Below are positions 39,822 to 48,028 of a stretch of DNA of 64,000 bases, one piece after another (the stretch's first letter is position 1; each line of letters begins with the position of its first letter). Location of the stretch: contig CALAZP010000190.1 in the NCBI GenBank assembly GCA_937926355.1, forward strand, positions 40 to 64,039, in the 5' to 3' direction. The translations under genes and the position numbers were made by a program. Source of the stretch: an uncultured Saprospirales bacterium. GTDB taxonomy: Bacteria > Bacteroidota > Bacteroidia > Chitinophagales > Saprospiraceae. The notes under the pieces are model-generated. The model made no database searches, had not been told where the DNA came from, and saw only the letters and a list, made by a program, of their open reading frames with translations.

Positions 39822-40382
39822 ATGGGTATATTAAACGCAAGAGCCAATAGTTTTTATTTTGTTTTCCCCAAGGGTTTTTTCCCGGACAAGGTTCACCAAA
39901 AATACATTGACTATTTAAAGAAGCAACCAACACCATACGACACATTAACCTCGTATATGAATAGTACGATACAGAGTGTTACGTTCCCATCTATGAACAT
40001 GGATTTGTCTGAGCAGGTTAGACAGCTTGGAAAAAGGGTGAATTATCAAAGTGCTACCCCGGTTCAGGATCTTTTCAATAGGGAATTTCAGGTTTCTTTT
40101 AGAATAGCGGAGGGATTTGTTAATTACTTTATAATGCTGGAGACCGTGTTGGATTACCTGGATTTTAAAAATCCTGAGACTTATATCCAAAACCTTCCCC
40201 TTAGGACTTTAGATAATGAAGGTAATATACTAACAACTGTGATGTTCAAAGAGGTAACTCTCACTTCCTTCTCCGAGCTTAATTTAAACTACACCCAAAA
40301 TTCACCTTCCGTGTACACCTTCAATGTCGGATTCAAATGCAACTACTTGGGTCTAGATCTTGAAATTGGTAGAGAGAGGTAA
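39822..40382 (+). CDS. Hypothetical protein, 186 aa; possibly tail-tube-fold (gp19/gp48/gp54 class)
   Basis: Only a pattern-level resemblance (ANSFYFVFP..SVTFPSMN..FQVSFRI..YTFNVGFKCNY). Confidence 0.25.
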   Translation: MGILNARANSFYFVFPKGFFPDKVHQKYIDYLKKQPTPYDTLTSYMNSTIQSVTFPSMNMDLSEQVRQLGKRVNYQSATPVQDLFNREFQVSFRIAEGFVNYFIMLETVLDYLDFKNPETYIQNLPLRTLDNEGNILTTVMFKEVTLTSFSELNLNYTQNSPSVYTFNVGFKCNYLGLDLEIGRER

Positions 40383-40390
40383 GATATATA
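40383..40390 (+). promoter_or_regulatory. Intergenic octamer GATATATA (candidate promoter element)
   Basis: Context ggtaaGATATATAaaat; 21 nt upstream of the ATG at 40412. Confidence 0.45.
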
Positions 40391-40411
40391 AAATACAAAA
40401 AATACTAAGGC

Positions 40412-40657
40412 ATGAAGAAGTTCTCAGATTTAACCAAAATTAACGAAATGAAGTATGGTCAGCCAATGTACGGAGAGGATGATCTAAAGCAACATATGAA
40501 GGATCTTTTAGTCGCTGCATCTGGTAACGACCGGAGGGTGCTAAATGATATTGTTGATTGCTTGACTGATGATCAGATGAAAAAGTGCTATGACAAGCTG
40601 ATCAATGATTACAACTACACTGGAAAGAAAGGTGAGGTTGTAAAACCAACTATGTAA
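40412..40657 (+). CDS. Small protein, 81 aa, with a leader-like N-terminus (MKKFSDLTKINE)
   Basis: ORF bounded by a promoter-like octamer and terminator hairpins. Confidence 0.5.
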   Translation: MKKFSDLTKINEMKYGQPMYGEDDLKQHMKDLLVAASGNDRRVLNDIVDCLTDDQMKKCYDKLINDYNYTGKKGEVVKPTM

Positions 40658-40666
40658 CCCACTTCT

Positions 40667-40685
40667 CCTTGGATAGTATCCAAGG
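40667..40685 (+). terminator. Perfect 8-bp hairpin (CCTTGGAT-AGT-ATCCAAGG) without a U-tract
   Basis: Read directly; 10 nt after the stop at 40657. Confidence 0.35.
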
Positions 40686-40704
40686 ACCGACTCATAAGAG
40701 TTTC

Positions 40705-40731
40705 AGCTCCCTGGTAACTGGGAGCTTTTTT
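40705..40731 (+). terminator. Rho-independent terminator
   Basis: AGCTCCC-TGGTAACT-GGGAGCT followed by TTTTT. Confidence 0.7.
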
Positions 40732-40741
40732 GTGTTAGGTT

Positions 40742-40749
40742 GATATATA
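40742..40749 (+). promoter_or_regulatory. Intergenic octamer GATATATA (candidate promoter element)
   Basis: Context aggttGATATATAactt; 25 nt upstream of the TTG at 40775. Confidence 0.45.
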
Positions 40750-40774
40750 ACTTGTATTCTTAAACACATACATT

Positions 40775-41446
40775 TTGAAAACATTAGTCGGGATAGACTT
40801 TTCCCTTAATTCACCAGCATTCTGCATTTTGAGAGACAACCAATTCACTTGGGGATCTCTGACCAGAAGTGATCGTACAGAAGATTCCTTAAAAAAGAAT
40901 TCTAAAAAACCTTACTCCGTCTTATCTGAGGATAAATCCGAAGATTATGTCCTGATGTTTATGTCAAAGGATAAAATGCCAGACGACTACTCCGAGAGAG
41001 AAAGGATAAAAATAGATTATTTCCAAGAACTTGTCGATGTGTTTTGGTCCGAGATTGAGAACCTCTGTGGTGGAGATGACATTGTGGTAGCTATGGAAGG
41101 ACTCAGCTTTTCTTCGAACGGAAATGCTTTAATAGATATTTCCATGGCAACTGCCCTTCTAAGGAAAAAAATAGTGGACCACACAGGAAGTGATAATTTC
41201 TATGTGTATTCTCCCACATCTGTGAAAAAGTTTGCTTACAAGGGAAATGCAAAAAAACACGAACTCTATAATTCTCTAATAGAGCACAGATTTCCCGAAA
41301 CTAATCTGAGGTCATTCACTACTATTTTAGAAGAAAACAAGGATGAATGGATAACTCCTTCTGGCAACGTAAATAAGCCACTTGACGATATTATCGATTC
41401 AACTTGGATATGTTTGTTTTTGCATGACTCAATCAAAGAAGATTAA
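40775..41446 (+). CDS. RuvC-like Holliday junction resolvase (RNase H fold)
   Basis: VGIDFSLNSPA (Asp 1), VVAMEGLSFSS (Glu), SPTSVKKFAYKGNAKKHEL, DDIIDSTWICLFL (C-terminal acidic pair). TTG start is uncertain. Confidence 0.65.
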   Translation: MKTLVGIDFSLNSPAFCILRDNQFTWGSLTRSDRTEDSLKKNSKKPYSVLSEDKSEDYVLMFMSKDKMPDDYSERERIKIDYFQELVDVFWSEIENLCGGDDIVVAMEGLSFSSNGNALIDISMATALLRKKIVDHTGSDNFYVYSPTSVKKFAYKGNAKKHELYNSLIEHRFPETNLRSFTTILEENKDEWITPSGNVNKPLDDIIDSTWICLFLHDSIKED

Positions 41447-42152
41447 TATACTCATTCCTCTTGGCGGTGCTGGAAGGAGATTTACTGAGGTAGGGTATAA
41501 GCAGGTAAAGCCTTTTATAGATGTAAAAGGTGAAACTATGATTAGGTCAGTTATCAAAAACCTGAACCATAGAGATGCACACTTTATATTTGTTGTAAAT
41601 GAGGAGTATATCTCCCCTAAGGAGTTTAAGTCCCATATAGAAGATATGGAGATCTCTTATGATATTTTCTCAACCCCCACCTTAACTCAAGGACCTGCTT
41701 CAACAGTTCTAATTGCCAAAGAATCTATAAACAACGAAGTTCCCCTCATTGTTATAAACTGTGATCAAATTATCCTGGATTTCGATTTGGGTCATTTAAT
41801 GAACTTTGCAAATTCAACGGGTTGTGATGGATTGTTAGGATGCTTCCTTTCTTCCTCTAAAAAGAACAGCTATGTAAAACTTGATCCTAACGGTGAGGTT
41901 TGTGATGTAAAGGAGAAAATAGTTATTTCCAATATAGCTACGAATGGATTGCATTTCTGGAAGCATGGTGAATATTTTGTCTCCAGTGCAGAACAGATGA
42001 TAGAATCTAATGACAGATACAACAACGAATTCTATGTTGCCCCCACCTACAATTATCTCATAAAAGATGGAAAAAAAATATTGCCTTTCTTCTATAATCT
42101 TCACTTTCCAATAGGAACCCCGGAGGACCTGGAAAGATTTTTAACGGTTTAG
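41424..42152 (+). CDS. Sugar/alcohol-phosphate nucleotidyltransferase (NTP_transferase, LicC/GCD1-like)
   Basis: ILIPLGGAGRRFTEVGYKQVKPFIDVKGETMI, the G-x-G-x-R..KP loop. I chose the ATG at 41424 over the listed TTG at 41382. Confidence 0.6.
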   Translation: MTQSKKINILIPLGGAGRRFTEVGYKQVKPFIDVKGETMIRSVIKNLNHRDAHFIFVVNEEYISPKEFKSHIEDMEISYDIFSTPTLTQGPASTVLIAKESINNEVPLIVINCDQIILDFDLGHLMNFANSTGCDGLLGCFLSSSKKNSYVKLDPNGEVCDVKEKIVISNIATNGLHFWKHGEYFVSSAEQMIESNDRYNNEFYVAPTYNYLIKDGKKILPFFYNLHFPIGTPEDLERFLTV

Positions 42153-42204
42153 CTATGCTCTCGTGCCGTAAATCGAGAACGAAACTTTCAAATAATACAA
42201 AACT

Positions 42205-42420
42205 ATGAACGAAGCAAAAAACATTAATAAACCCACTAAAAAGGCATGGAGTATAGCTTTTGTTATGTGGCGTTATTTCAAGTGGATATTAATCCCTGCG
42301 TGGCTTATTTTATGCGTAAACTTCGGTGCTTTTTTAGGTAAGTGCCTTTGGTTAACAATGACATACTTTGGTGTAGAAGATAACTTTGCAAGTTTTATTG
42401 AGTGGTTGGTTTGGTTTTAA
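42205..42420 (+). CDS. Small membrane protein, 71 aa
   Basis: Hydrophobic WILIPAWLILCVNFGAFLGKCLWLTMTYF. Confidence 0.5.
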   Translation: MNEAKNINKPTKKAWSIAFVMWRYFKWILIPAWLILCVNFGAFLGKCLWLTMTYFGVEDNFASFIEWLVWF

Positions 42421-42441
42421 TGCCACATAACAATAGTGTAA

Positions 42442-42765
42442 ATGGAGGTTTTTAGAATAGAAGAAATGAAAGATGGGTGGTATGCTGGTAATTTTTCCCC
42501 GGCAGCATACCAAACAGAACAATTTGAGATTTGCTACAAAAAGCATTTTAAGGGTGAAAAATGGCCAAAACATTATCACAAGGAGGCAGACGAAATTAAT
42601 TATCTCAGATCGGGTAAAATGATAATACAAGGCAGGGAGCTGAGTGCTGGAGATATATTCATATTGAGAAAAAACGAAATTGCTGATCCTGTTTTTTTGG
42701 ATGACTGTGAAGTCTTTATTGTAAAATCTCCTTCTGTGCCTGGAGATAAATTTGTGATTGAATGA
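42442..42765 (+). CDS. Cupin-fold protein, 107 aa (NDP-sugar ketoisomerase/epimerase-like or dioxygenase-like)
   Basis: KHYHKEADEINYLRSGKMIIQG..GDIFIL cupin motifs; stop overlaps the next start (ATGA). Confidence 0.5.
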   Translation: MEVFRIEEMKDGWYAGNFSPAAYQTEQFEICYKKHFKGEKWPKHYHKEADEINYLRSGKMIIQGRELSAGDIFILRKNEIADPVFLDDCEVFIVKSPSVPGDKFVIE

Positions 42766-43997
42766 TTAGTATTTTTAAAAATAAGGATGAATTTGATATT
42801 TCTGACTATTTTGTGGTTAGGTATTATTTGGAAGCTAAAACTTCTTTGAGAGATGCCTCTTGGAATTTGGCTATCGGTCAAAGTATCGGTAACCCGACGA
42901 ATCGCAGTGAATGGGAAACTGATGAAATGTTTGAAAATCACAGTTGTTTCATTCTTGCTTCTGAACAAGATCTTAGCCAAAAAAAAGATGGTGAAGTTGA
43001 AATTGCTTTCCCCTTGGCAAACATTAATTTGGAGGAGGATGGGATATCACAGATCCTTTGCCATATAGCCGGTGGACAAGTCGATATAGAAGAGGTGAAG
43101 CAGTGTCATGTTTTGGATATTGTTCTGCCTCAAGAAGTTGAAGACTCTTTTTCTTTGAAACCTGCTTACGGTATTAGTGGATGGAGAAGATTCAATGGAG
43201 TTGATGCCAAGCCTTTTCTAGGGGGAATAGTTAAACCTAAAGTAGGCATGCCCCCGGAGGTATTGCTAGAAGCTGTTAAAGAGATGGTTTATGGAGGGGT
43301 CAACTTTATTAAAGAGGATGAGCTCCTAGCAAACCCTTCTCACTGTCCACTAGAACAAAGAGTTCCTTTAATTTCATCTTGGTTAAAAGAAAATGCTCCG
43401 GATGTGATCTATTGTTTCTGTATCAATGGTGATAGCCCATATGCTTTGGAGAGAGCAAATTTTGTTGCAAATAATGGCGGGAACGGAATCCACATAAATG
43501 TCTGGAGCGGTCTTGGGGTATATCGTGCTATAAGGAAGCAAAACCCTAACATATGGATACATTTTCAAAAAAGTGGTGATAAATTCTTTACTGACAAAAG
43601 GGCACCATTCCACATCTACTGGCCTGTGATTTGTAAAATTGCTGGATGGTCTGGTGTGGATTCTATACATGCTGGAATGATTGGAGGTTATATGAACCAG
43701 GATAATGATGAGATACGGGATACTCTAAAAGTCCTCTGGCATTACAATATAGTTCCAGCTCTCAGTTGTGGAATGCATCCTGGTCTGGTTGATTATATCA
43801 ATGAATCTATACACAGTGTGGATTGGATGGCTAATGTTGGAGGAGCTATGCATGGACATCCAATGGGAACTAGAGCTGGTGGCTTGGCAATGAAGCAAGC
43901 CATCAATAATGATTTCCAAGAAGAGGAATATGTTTGCGCCATAAAGAAATGGGGAAAAAGAACATTTTCTAAAGACCTAGATTACAGGATATTTTAG
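42762..43997 (+). CDS. RuBisCO large-subunit-like protein (form IV-type RLP)
   Basis: GGIVKPKVG, GGVNFIKEDE, NIWIHFQ, GVDSIHAGMIGGY, PALSCGMHPG, NVGGAMHGHPMGTRAGG align to the RbcL catalytic motifs. Confidence 0.85.
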   Translation: MISIFKNKDEFDISDYFVVRYYLEAKTSLRDASWNLAIGQSIGNPTNRSEWETDEMFENHSCFILASEQDLSQKKDGEVEIAFPLANINLEEDGISQILCHIAGGQVDIEEVKQCHVLDIVLPQEVEDSFSLKPAYGISGWRRFNGVDAKPFLGGIVKPKVGMPPEVLLEAVKEMVYGGVNFIKEDELLANPSHCPLEQRVPLISSWLKENAPDVIYCFCINGDSPYALERANFVANNGGNGIHINVWSGLGVYRAIRKQNPNIWIHFQKSGDKFFTDKRAPFHIYWPVICKIAGWSGVDSIHAGMIGGYMNQDNDEIRDTLKVLWHYNIVPALSCGMHPGLVDYINESIHSVDWMANVGGAMHGHPMGTRAGGLAMKQAINNDFQEEEYVCAIKKWGKRTFSKDLDYRIF

Positions 43998-43998
43998 G

Positions 43999-44478
43999 AT
44001 GAGACTAATATCACACCGGGGAAATATAAAGGGGCCAATACCATCAAGAGAGAACAACCTTGACTACATACAAGAAGCTCTTGATCTTGGTTATGATGTG
44101 GAGATAGATGTTTGGATATCTGGATCTTCACTTTATTTAGGACACGATTCCCCAAATTCTAAGGTCTCCTTAGATTGGCTTATGGAGAGATCAGACAACC
44201 TTTGGATCCACTGCAAAAACATCTCTGCTCTTGTGTATCTAAAGGAGTATGTTGAATTCAATGTATTTTGGCATGAACAAGACAGAATAACTCTTACTTC
44301 TAAGTCTTTCATTTGGGCTTTCCCTGGAAATCAGCCCATAAATAAAAGTATCGCAGTTCTTCCTGAGATCTATGATGATCCTGTTAACGGATGCTGTGGA
44401 ATTTGCTCAGATTATATAGAGAAGTACAAATTTTTAAGTACAAATGAAAGTAGCTCTTTTACTTCCTGGACAGATTAG
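43999..44478 (+). CDS. Compact glycerophosphodiester phosphodiesterase (GDPD)-like protein
   Basis: ISHRGN, RENN, DVEIDVW, LGHD, LWIHCKN, GICSDY match the GDPD N- and C-terminal signatures in only 159 aa. Confidence 0.55.
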   Translation: MRLISHRGNIKGPIPSRENNLDYIQEALDLGYDVEIDVWISGSSLYLGHDSPNSKVSLDWLMERSDNLWIHCKNISALVYLKEYVEFNVFWHEQDRITLTSKSFIWAFPGNQPINKSIAVLPEIYDDPVNGCCGICSDYIEKYKFLSTNESSSFTSWTD

Positions 44479-45226
44479 GGAGGCAAAAGAAACCTTTCCC
44501 TACTTAAAAGGCAGAATTTTGGATAGGTTTAAGCCAGATGTTTTTATATCTACCTGGAGCCCATCTGAAACTATAAAAAATTCCCTTCATGCAGAAACAC
44601 ACTACCTTACTGACACCCTAAGCACCGACACTTTAGCAAGTCTTTATTCTCCAGTAACCATAAAGATGGACAAGTTTGAATCCCCGGGTATATCAAGGAT
44701 AGTAGATAAAGCGTGGTCGTTTGAAAGCTATGGCCCACAAACTGGTGAGATAAATCCAGTTTCGGTTTTCTTGATGTGGTATAAGATAAGACAGTCCTTT
44801 CTCCTTTTAGAGGAGCATGAAAACCTAACTGGTGAGAGATATGATTATATTATAAAAGGAAGAATGGACATAAAAATCCACAACGACATCCCTTTGGATC
44901 CAAATCTAAAAACTATATGTATTCCTCCCGGTTTTGATTGGAAGGGCGGGGTTAATGATATTTTTGCATGGGGAGGTAGGGAAGCAATGGAACACTACTC
45001 AAAACTCTACGAGATGATGGAAGAATACATTTTCTCTGGTGTTTACTTTCACCCCGAGACACTTTTAAAGCATCATATACTTAATTCTGAATTTAACCTT
45101 TCCCGCCCTATGGTAAAGGTATCCTTAAGAGGTAAGAGAGTGTGGGAAATTGAATCCACGGGTGAACGAATGGATAAAAAAAATTATGAATATATACAAT
45201 CTAAGGGAAACATTTGGGACACTTAG
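44444..45226 (+). CDS. Hypothetical protein, 260 aa; tentatively a WavE-like/GT-A-type glycosyl- or phosphotransferase
   Basis: Pattern VALLLPGQIR...DVFISTWS...YDYIIKGRMD...NDIFAWGG..M..Y. Confidence 0.3.
   Translation: MKVALLLPGQIREAKETFPYLKGRILDRFKPDVFISTWSPSETIKNSLHAETHYLTDTLSTDTLASLYSPVTIKMDKFESPGISRIVDKAWSFESYGPQTGEINPVSVFLMWYKIRQSFLLLEEHENLTGERYDYIIKGRMDIKIHNDIPLDPNLKTICIPPGFDWKGGVNDIFAWGGREAMEHYSKLYEMMEEYIFSGVYFHPETLLKHHILNSEFNLSRPMVKVSLRGKRVWEIESTGERMDKKNYEYIQSKGNIWDT
45189..45196 (+). promoter_or_regulatory. Variant octamer AATATATA(CAA), candidate promoter for the SSB gene
   Basis: tgAATATATAcaatc inside the 3' end of the upstream gene; 67 nt upstream of the ATG at 45264. Confidence 0.2.
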
Positions 45227-45263
45227 AGATTAAATAAAGGATTTAAAAATAATTAAAGGAATC

Positions 45264-46214
45264 ATGAGTAACTTAGACATTTTCAATTTGGATGCGGAAG
45301 CATTCGTAACGAAAGCAAAAAAGGAGAATTCAGAGGGAACAGAATTTTACAAACCATATCCGGAAAACGGAAAGGATGGAGTTTATAAATCGCTGATCCG
45401 TTTTCTTCCTAACCACGTCGATCCGACGAAATCAAAAATCCACAAGTACTACGTTTATCTAAACGATCCAACAACAGGAGATGGCTTCCCAGTTGACTGT
45501 CCGTCAACAGTAGGAAAAAAATCGGTACTTAAGGATATGTTCTGGAAGCTGAAAAATTCGCATTCAGCTGCAGATCAAGAGCTATCAAGAAGTTTTTCTA
45601 GAAAGGAAGACTATTACTCTCTCATCCAAATTGTACAGGATAAGCACAATCCTGAACTTGAGGGTAAAATTATGATCTTCAAATTTGGACGTAAGCTAAA
45701 TGATATGCTCGAAGCACAGCTTAAGCCTGAGTATGGTGATTCGTGCAACCCTTACGACCTTTTCGAGGGTAAACTTTTCTCAGTTCACACAAGAAAAGTT
45801 GGTGAGTGGAACAACTACGATCTTTGTTCATTTGTTGGAGATAGAACTCCTATCGAAATCAATGGCAAAAAGATGGAGAAAAATCAGGATGACATGAATG
45901 CAATCATGGAGTACCTTAAAACAGGTCCTGACAATCTCACCCAGTTTGAATATAAAGATTGGGACGATAACACTACTCAAAGGGTTATGAATGTGATTAA
46001 AAAAACAGTTCCAGATGGAAGGCTAGTTAATGAGGTTTTAGGAGGTGCAAACCAGACTTCGACCCCATCGTCATCTAGCTCAACGAATGACTTTTACAAC
46101 GAGGCTTCATCAACTAAAGTAGGCTCTGAACCTGCAAAGGAAGATAAAGGCATTAGTCAGCCATCAGCACCTGAAACATCTTCGTCTCTAGACGACCTAT
46201 ACGCAGATCTCTAA
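45264..46214 (+). CDS. gp32: Single-stranded DNA-binding protein, T4 gp32-like
   Basis: YKSLIRFLPN, EGKIMIFKFGRKLNDML, Ser-rich linker and acidic tail SSLDDLYADL as in gp32. Confidence 0.8.
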   Translation: MSNLDIFNLDAEAFVTKAKKENSEGTEFYKPYPENGKDGVYKSLIRFLPNHVDPTKSKIHKYYVYLNDPTTGDGFPVDCPSTVGKKSVLKDMFWKLKNSHSAADQELSRSFSRKEDYYSLIQIVQDKHNPELEGKIMIFKFGRKLNDMLEAQLKPEYGDSCNPYDLFEGKLFSVHTRKVGEWNNYDLCSFVGDRTPIEINGKKMEKNQDDMNAIMEYLKTGPDNLTQFEYKDWDDNTTQRVMNVIKKTVPDGRLVNEVLGGANQTSTPSSSSSTNDFYNEASSTKVGSEPAKEDKGISQPSAPETSSSLDDLYADL

Positions 46215-46227
46215 ATCTACCTTGAAT

Positions 46228-46268
46228 GGGGGCTAAGCAATAATCATTGCTGCCCCCTTTTCTTTTTT
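46228..46268 (+). terminator. Rho-independent terminator
   Basis: GGGGGC-TA-AGCAAT-AATC-ATTGCT-GCCCCC followed by TTTTCTTTTTT. Confidence 0.8.
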
Positions 46269-46289
46269 AACTGTAAATAAAGGATTGAT

Positions 46290-47351
46290 ATGGATTTGGG
46301 TAGAATTAGGGAGCTTTTAGGCGATATCTTAAGGAAAGAATTTGCTGGTAATATTGGAAAGCAAAAAATCTATGAAGCCGGTAATAGGCTGAACATTTCT
46401 TGTCCCTATTGTGGGGATAGTCCTAATCCTAGGAAGAAGAGGGGAAATTTTTACATCGATACCCTTACTTACAAGTGCTACAATGGGGGGTGTGGTATCT
46501 ACAAGGACGCATATTCTATGTTCCGTGATTTTCATGTTGCGTCAAAGCTTGAGGGTGATGAAAAGAGGGATATAATCGATCTCATTAAAAAGGGGAAAGA
46601 GAAGAGACAGACGACATACGGAGATGTCGACATTTCCCTTTTCTTCGATACAGATTTTAAGTCTGTTGTTATTCCGAGGGATAAGTTCGTACATGATATG
46701 AACCTCCAGGAAGTAAAGGGGTCAAAGATGGAAAGATATCTAATGGGGAGAAACCAACAGGCTGATGATAAGTTTGCTTGGGATCCCAAGAGTGGTAAAC
46801 TTTATCTTTTCAATTTATCCAAGGATAACGAGATTCTAGGTTTGCAGTTTAGAAATATGGATTCAACGTATGGATCTAAATATTACACGTACAAGCTCAG
46901 TGGTATTTGGGAAAAACTCCTCAAGACCAATGACCAGAATTTGATAGAAGAGGCAAAAAAGATAGATCCTGTATCCTTTGTTTTTAATGTAGGCAGGATT
47001 TCTTTTGATCGGACAATAACTATCTTCGAGGGACCAATGGATTCCTGGCTCTGGAAAAATTCGGTTGCACTTTGCTCTATAGAAAACAAATTCCCATTTG
47101 ATGTTGAGAATGTGCAATATTGGTATGACTGGGACAACGCAGGAAGACAGAAGCATTCTGAGCTTTTATCTGCGGGTAAAAAGGTGTTTAATTGGAAGAA
47201 GTTTTTAATGGATCACGAACTTCCGATAAATAGGAAATGGGACTTAAACGACCTTGTGAATTTTCTTCGAGCGAAGAGAATAAAAATAAGGAGATTGGAT
47301 AACTACTTTACCGAGGAGATACTTGATTTATCCGATTTCATATATGCATGA
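46290..47351 (+). CDS. gp61: DNA primase, T4 gp61-like (Zn ribbon plus TOPRIM)
   Basis: SCPYCGDSPNPRKKRGNFY..YKCYNGGCG zinc ribbon; IFEGPMDSW and WYDWDNAGR TOPRIM acidic motifs. Confidence 0.8.
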   Translation: MDLGRIRELLGDILRKEFAGNIGKQKIYEAGNRLNISCPYCGDSPNPRKKRGNFYIDTLTYKCYNGGCGIYKDAYSMFRDFHVASKLEGDEKRDIIDLIKKGKEKRQTTYGDVDISLFFDTDFKSVVIPRDKFVHDMNLQEVKGSKMERYLMGRNQQADDKFAWDPKSGKLYLFNLSKDNEILGLQFRNMDSTYGSKYYTYKLSGIWEKLLKTNDQNLIEEAKKIDPVSFVFNVGRISFDRTITIFEGPMDSWLWKNSVALCSIENKFPFDVENVQYWYDWDNAGRQKHSELLSAGKKVFNWKKFLMDHELPINRKWDLNDLVNFLRAKRIKIRRLDNYFTEEILDLSDFIYA

Positions 47352-47571
47352 GATGCCAACTATAGATCAAACGCAGGAGTGGGAGGAAAGCTTAAATTCT
47401 GAAGAGGGTGGGGTAAAATTTCCCATATCTTTTCTTGACAGGTTTAACGAGGAAGAGATTAGAATAGAAGCATCCAATATTGATATAGGTCCACCGAGGC
47501 TTAAGAAGTCCTCGGTAAAGGAAATAAAGTTAGGGAAAAAGACTAAAAACAAGGGCAAAGAATTATTCTAA
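47344..47571 (+). CDS. Hypothetical small acidic/basic protein
   Basis: ORF; start chosen at the ATG overlapping the primase stop (ATGCATGA). The listed start 47323 lies inside the primase gene. Confidence 0.4.
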   Translation: MHEMPTIDQTQEWEESLNSEEGGVKFPISFLDRFNEEEIRIEASNIDIGPPRLKKSSVKEIKLGKKTKNKGKELF

Positions 47572-47572
47572 T

Positions 47573-48019
47573 ATGTCAGAGCAACAAAAAACCGATTACA
47601 GTAAGCTTTTCGAAAGGGAAAGAGCTGAATGGAAAGAAAAAATCCAAGTGATATCTTTGAGCCTAAAAAACATTAGAACAGTTGCTGAAGCACAAGTGGA
47701 TTTGTTTTCCAATAGACAAATACTATTGGAATACAGCTATAAACTTGCTCAGATTGTTAATAAGCTTGCTACTAAGGAAAGAAAGCTGAGAGCTTCCAAA
47801 CTAAGAGATTATACGGTTAACAGTGATGTGAGATATGGATCGAATGAGACTAAATTACTTATTGAGGGAGATGTTGCCGATGTTGTGGAAAAAATACAAC
47901 TAGTGGAAGGACACCGCAAATTTATTGACCAAACAATCCAGACTGTTGATCACATGCTCTATGGTATTAAGTCAAGGATTGCTCTTGAAGAATATCTTAG
48001 AGCTAGCACGATAGAATAA
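47573..48019 (+). CDS. Possible UvsY-like recombination mediator
   Basis: About 148 aa, helical, directly upstream of the UvsW-like gene; C-terminal LYGIKSRIALEEY resembles the UvsY C-terminal helix. Weak. Confidence 0.4.
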   Translation: MSEQQKTDYSKLFERERAEWKEKIQVISLSLKNIRTVAEAQVDLFSNRQILLEYSYKLAQIVNKLATKERKLRASKLRDYTVNSDVRYGSNETKLLIEGDVADVVEKIQLVEGHRKFIDQTIQTVDHMLYGIKSRIALEEYLRASTIE

Positions 48020-48028
48020 GATAGGTAG

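Noticed and set aside
41382-41423. Longer TTG-initiated version of the NTP-transferase (also longer versions at 49577, 56885 and 58543)
   Set aside because: The extensions overlap the upstream gene, a terminator stem or the promoter-like octamer. In-frame ATGs give N-termini that match the family pattern or the paralogous leaders.
42153-42204. Weak hairpin (TCTCG...CGAGA) after the NTP-transferase gene
   Set aside because: The stem is only 5 bp, the loop is long and there is no U-tract. This is not convincing as a terminator.
42762-43997. Interpretation as a bona fide CO2-fixing RuBisCO
   Set aside because: The R295, H298 and K334 equivalents are replaced and the N-domain catalytic residues are not recognisable. 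No small subunit, PRK or type III pathway genes (AMP phosphorylase, R15P isomerase) are present in the window.
43999-45226. GDPD-like ORF and the following 260-aa ORF as one frameshifted gene
   Set aside because: The 159-aa ORF already contains both the N-terminal and C-terminal GDPD signatures. The downstream ORF has its own ATG and an unrelated sequence pattern.
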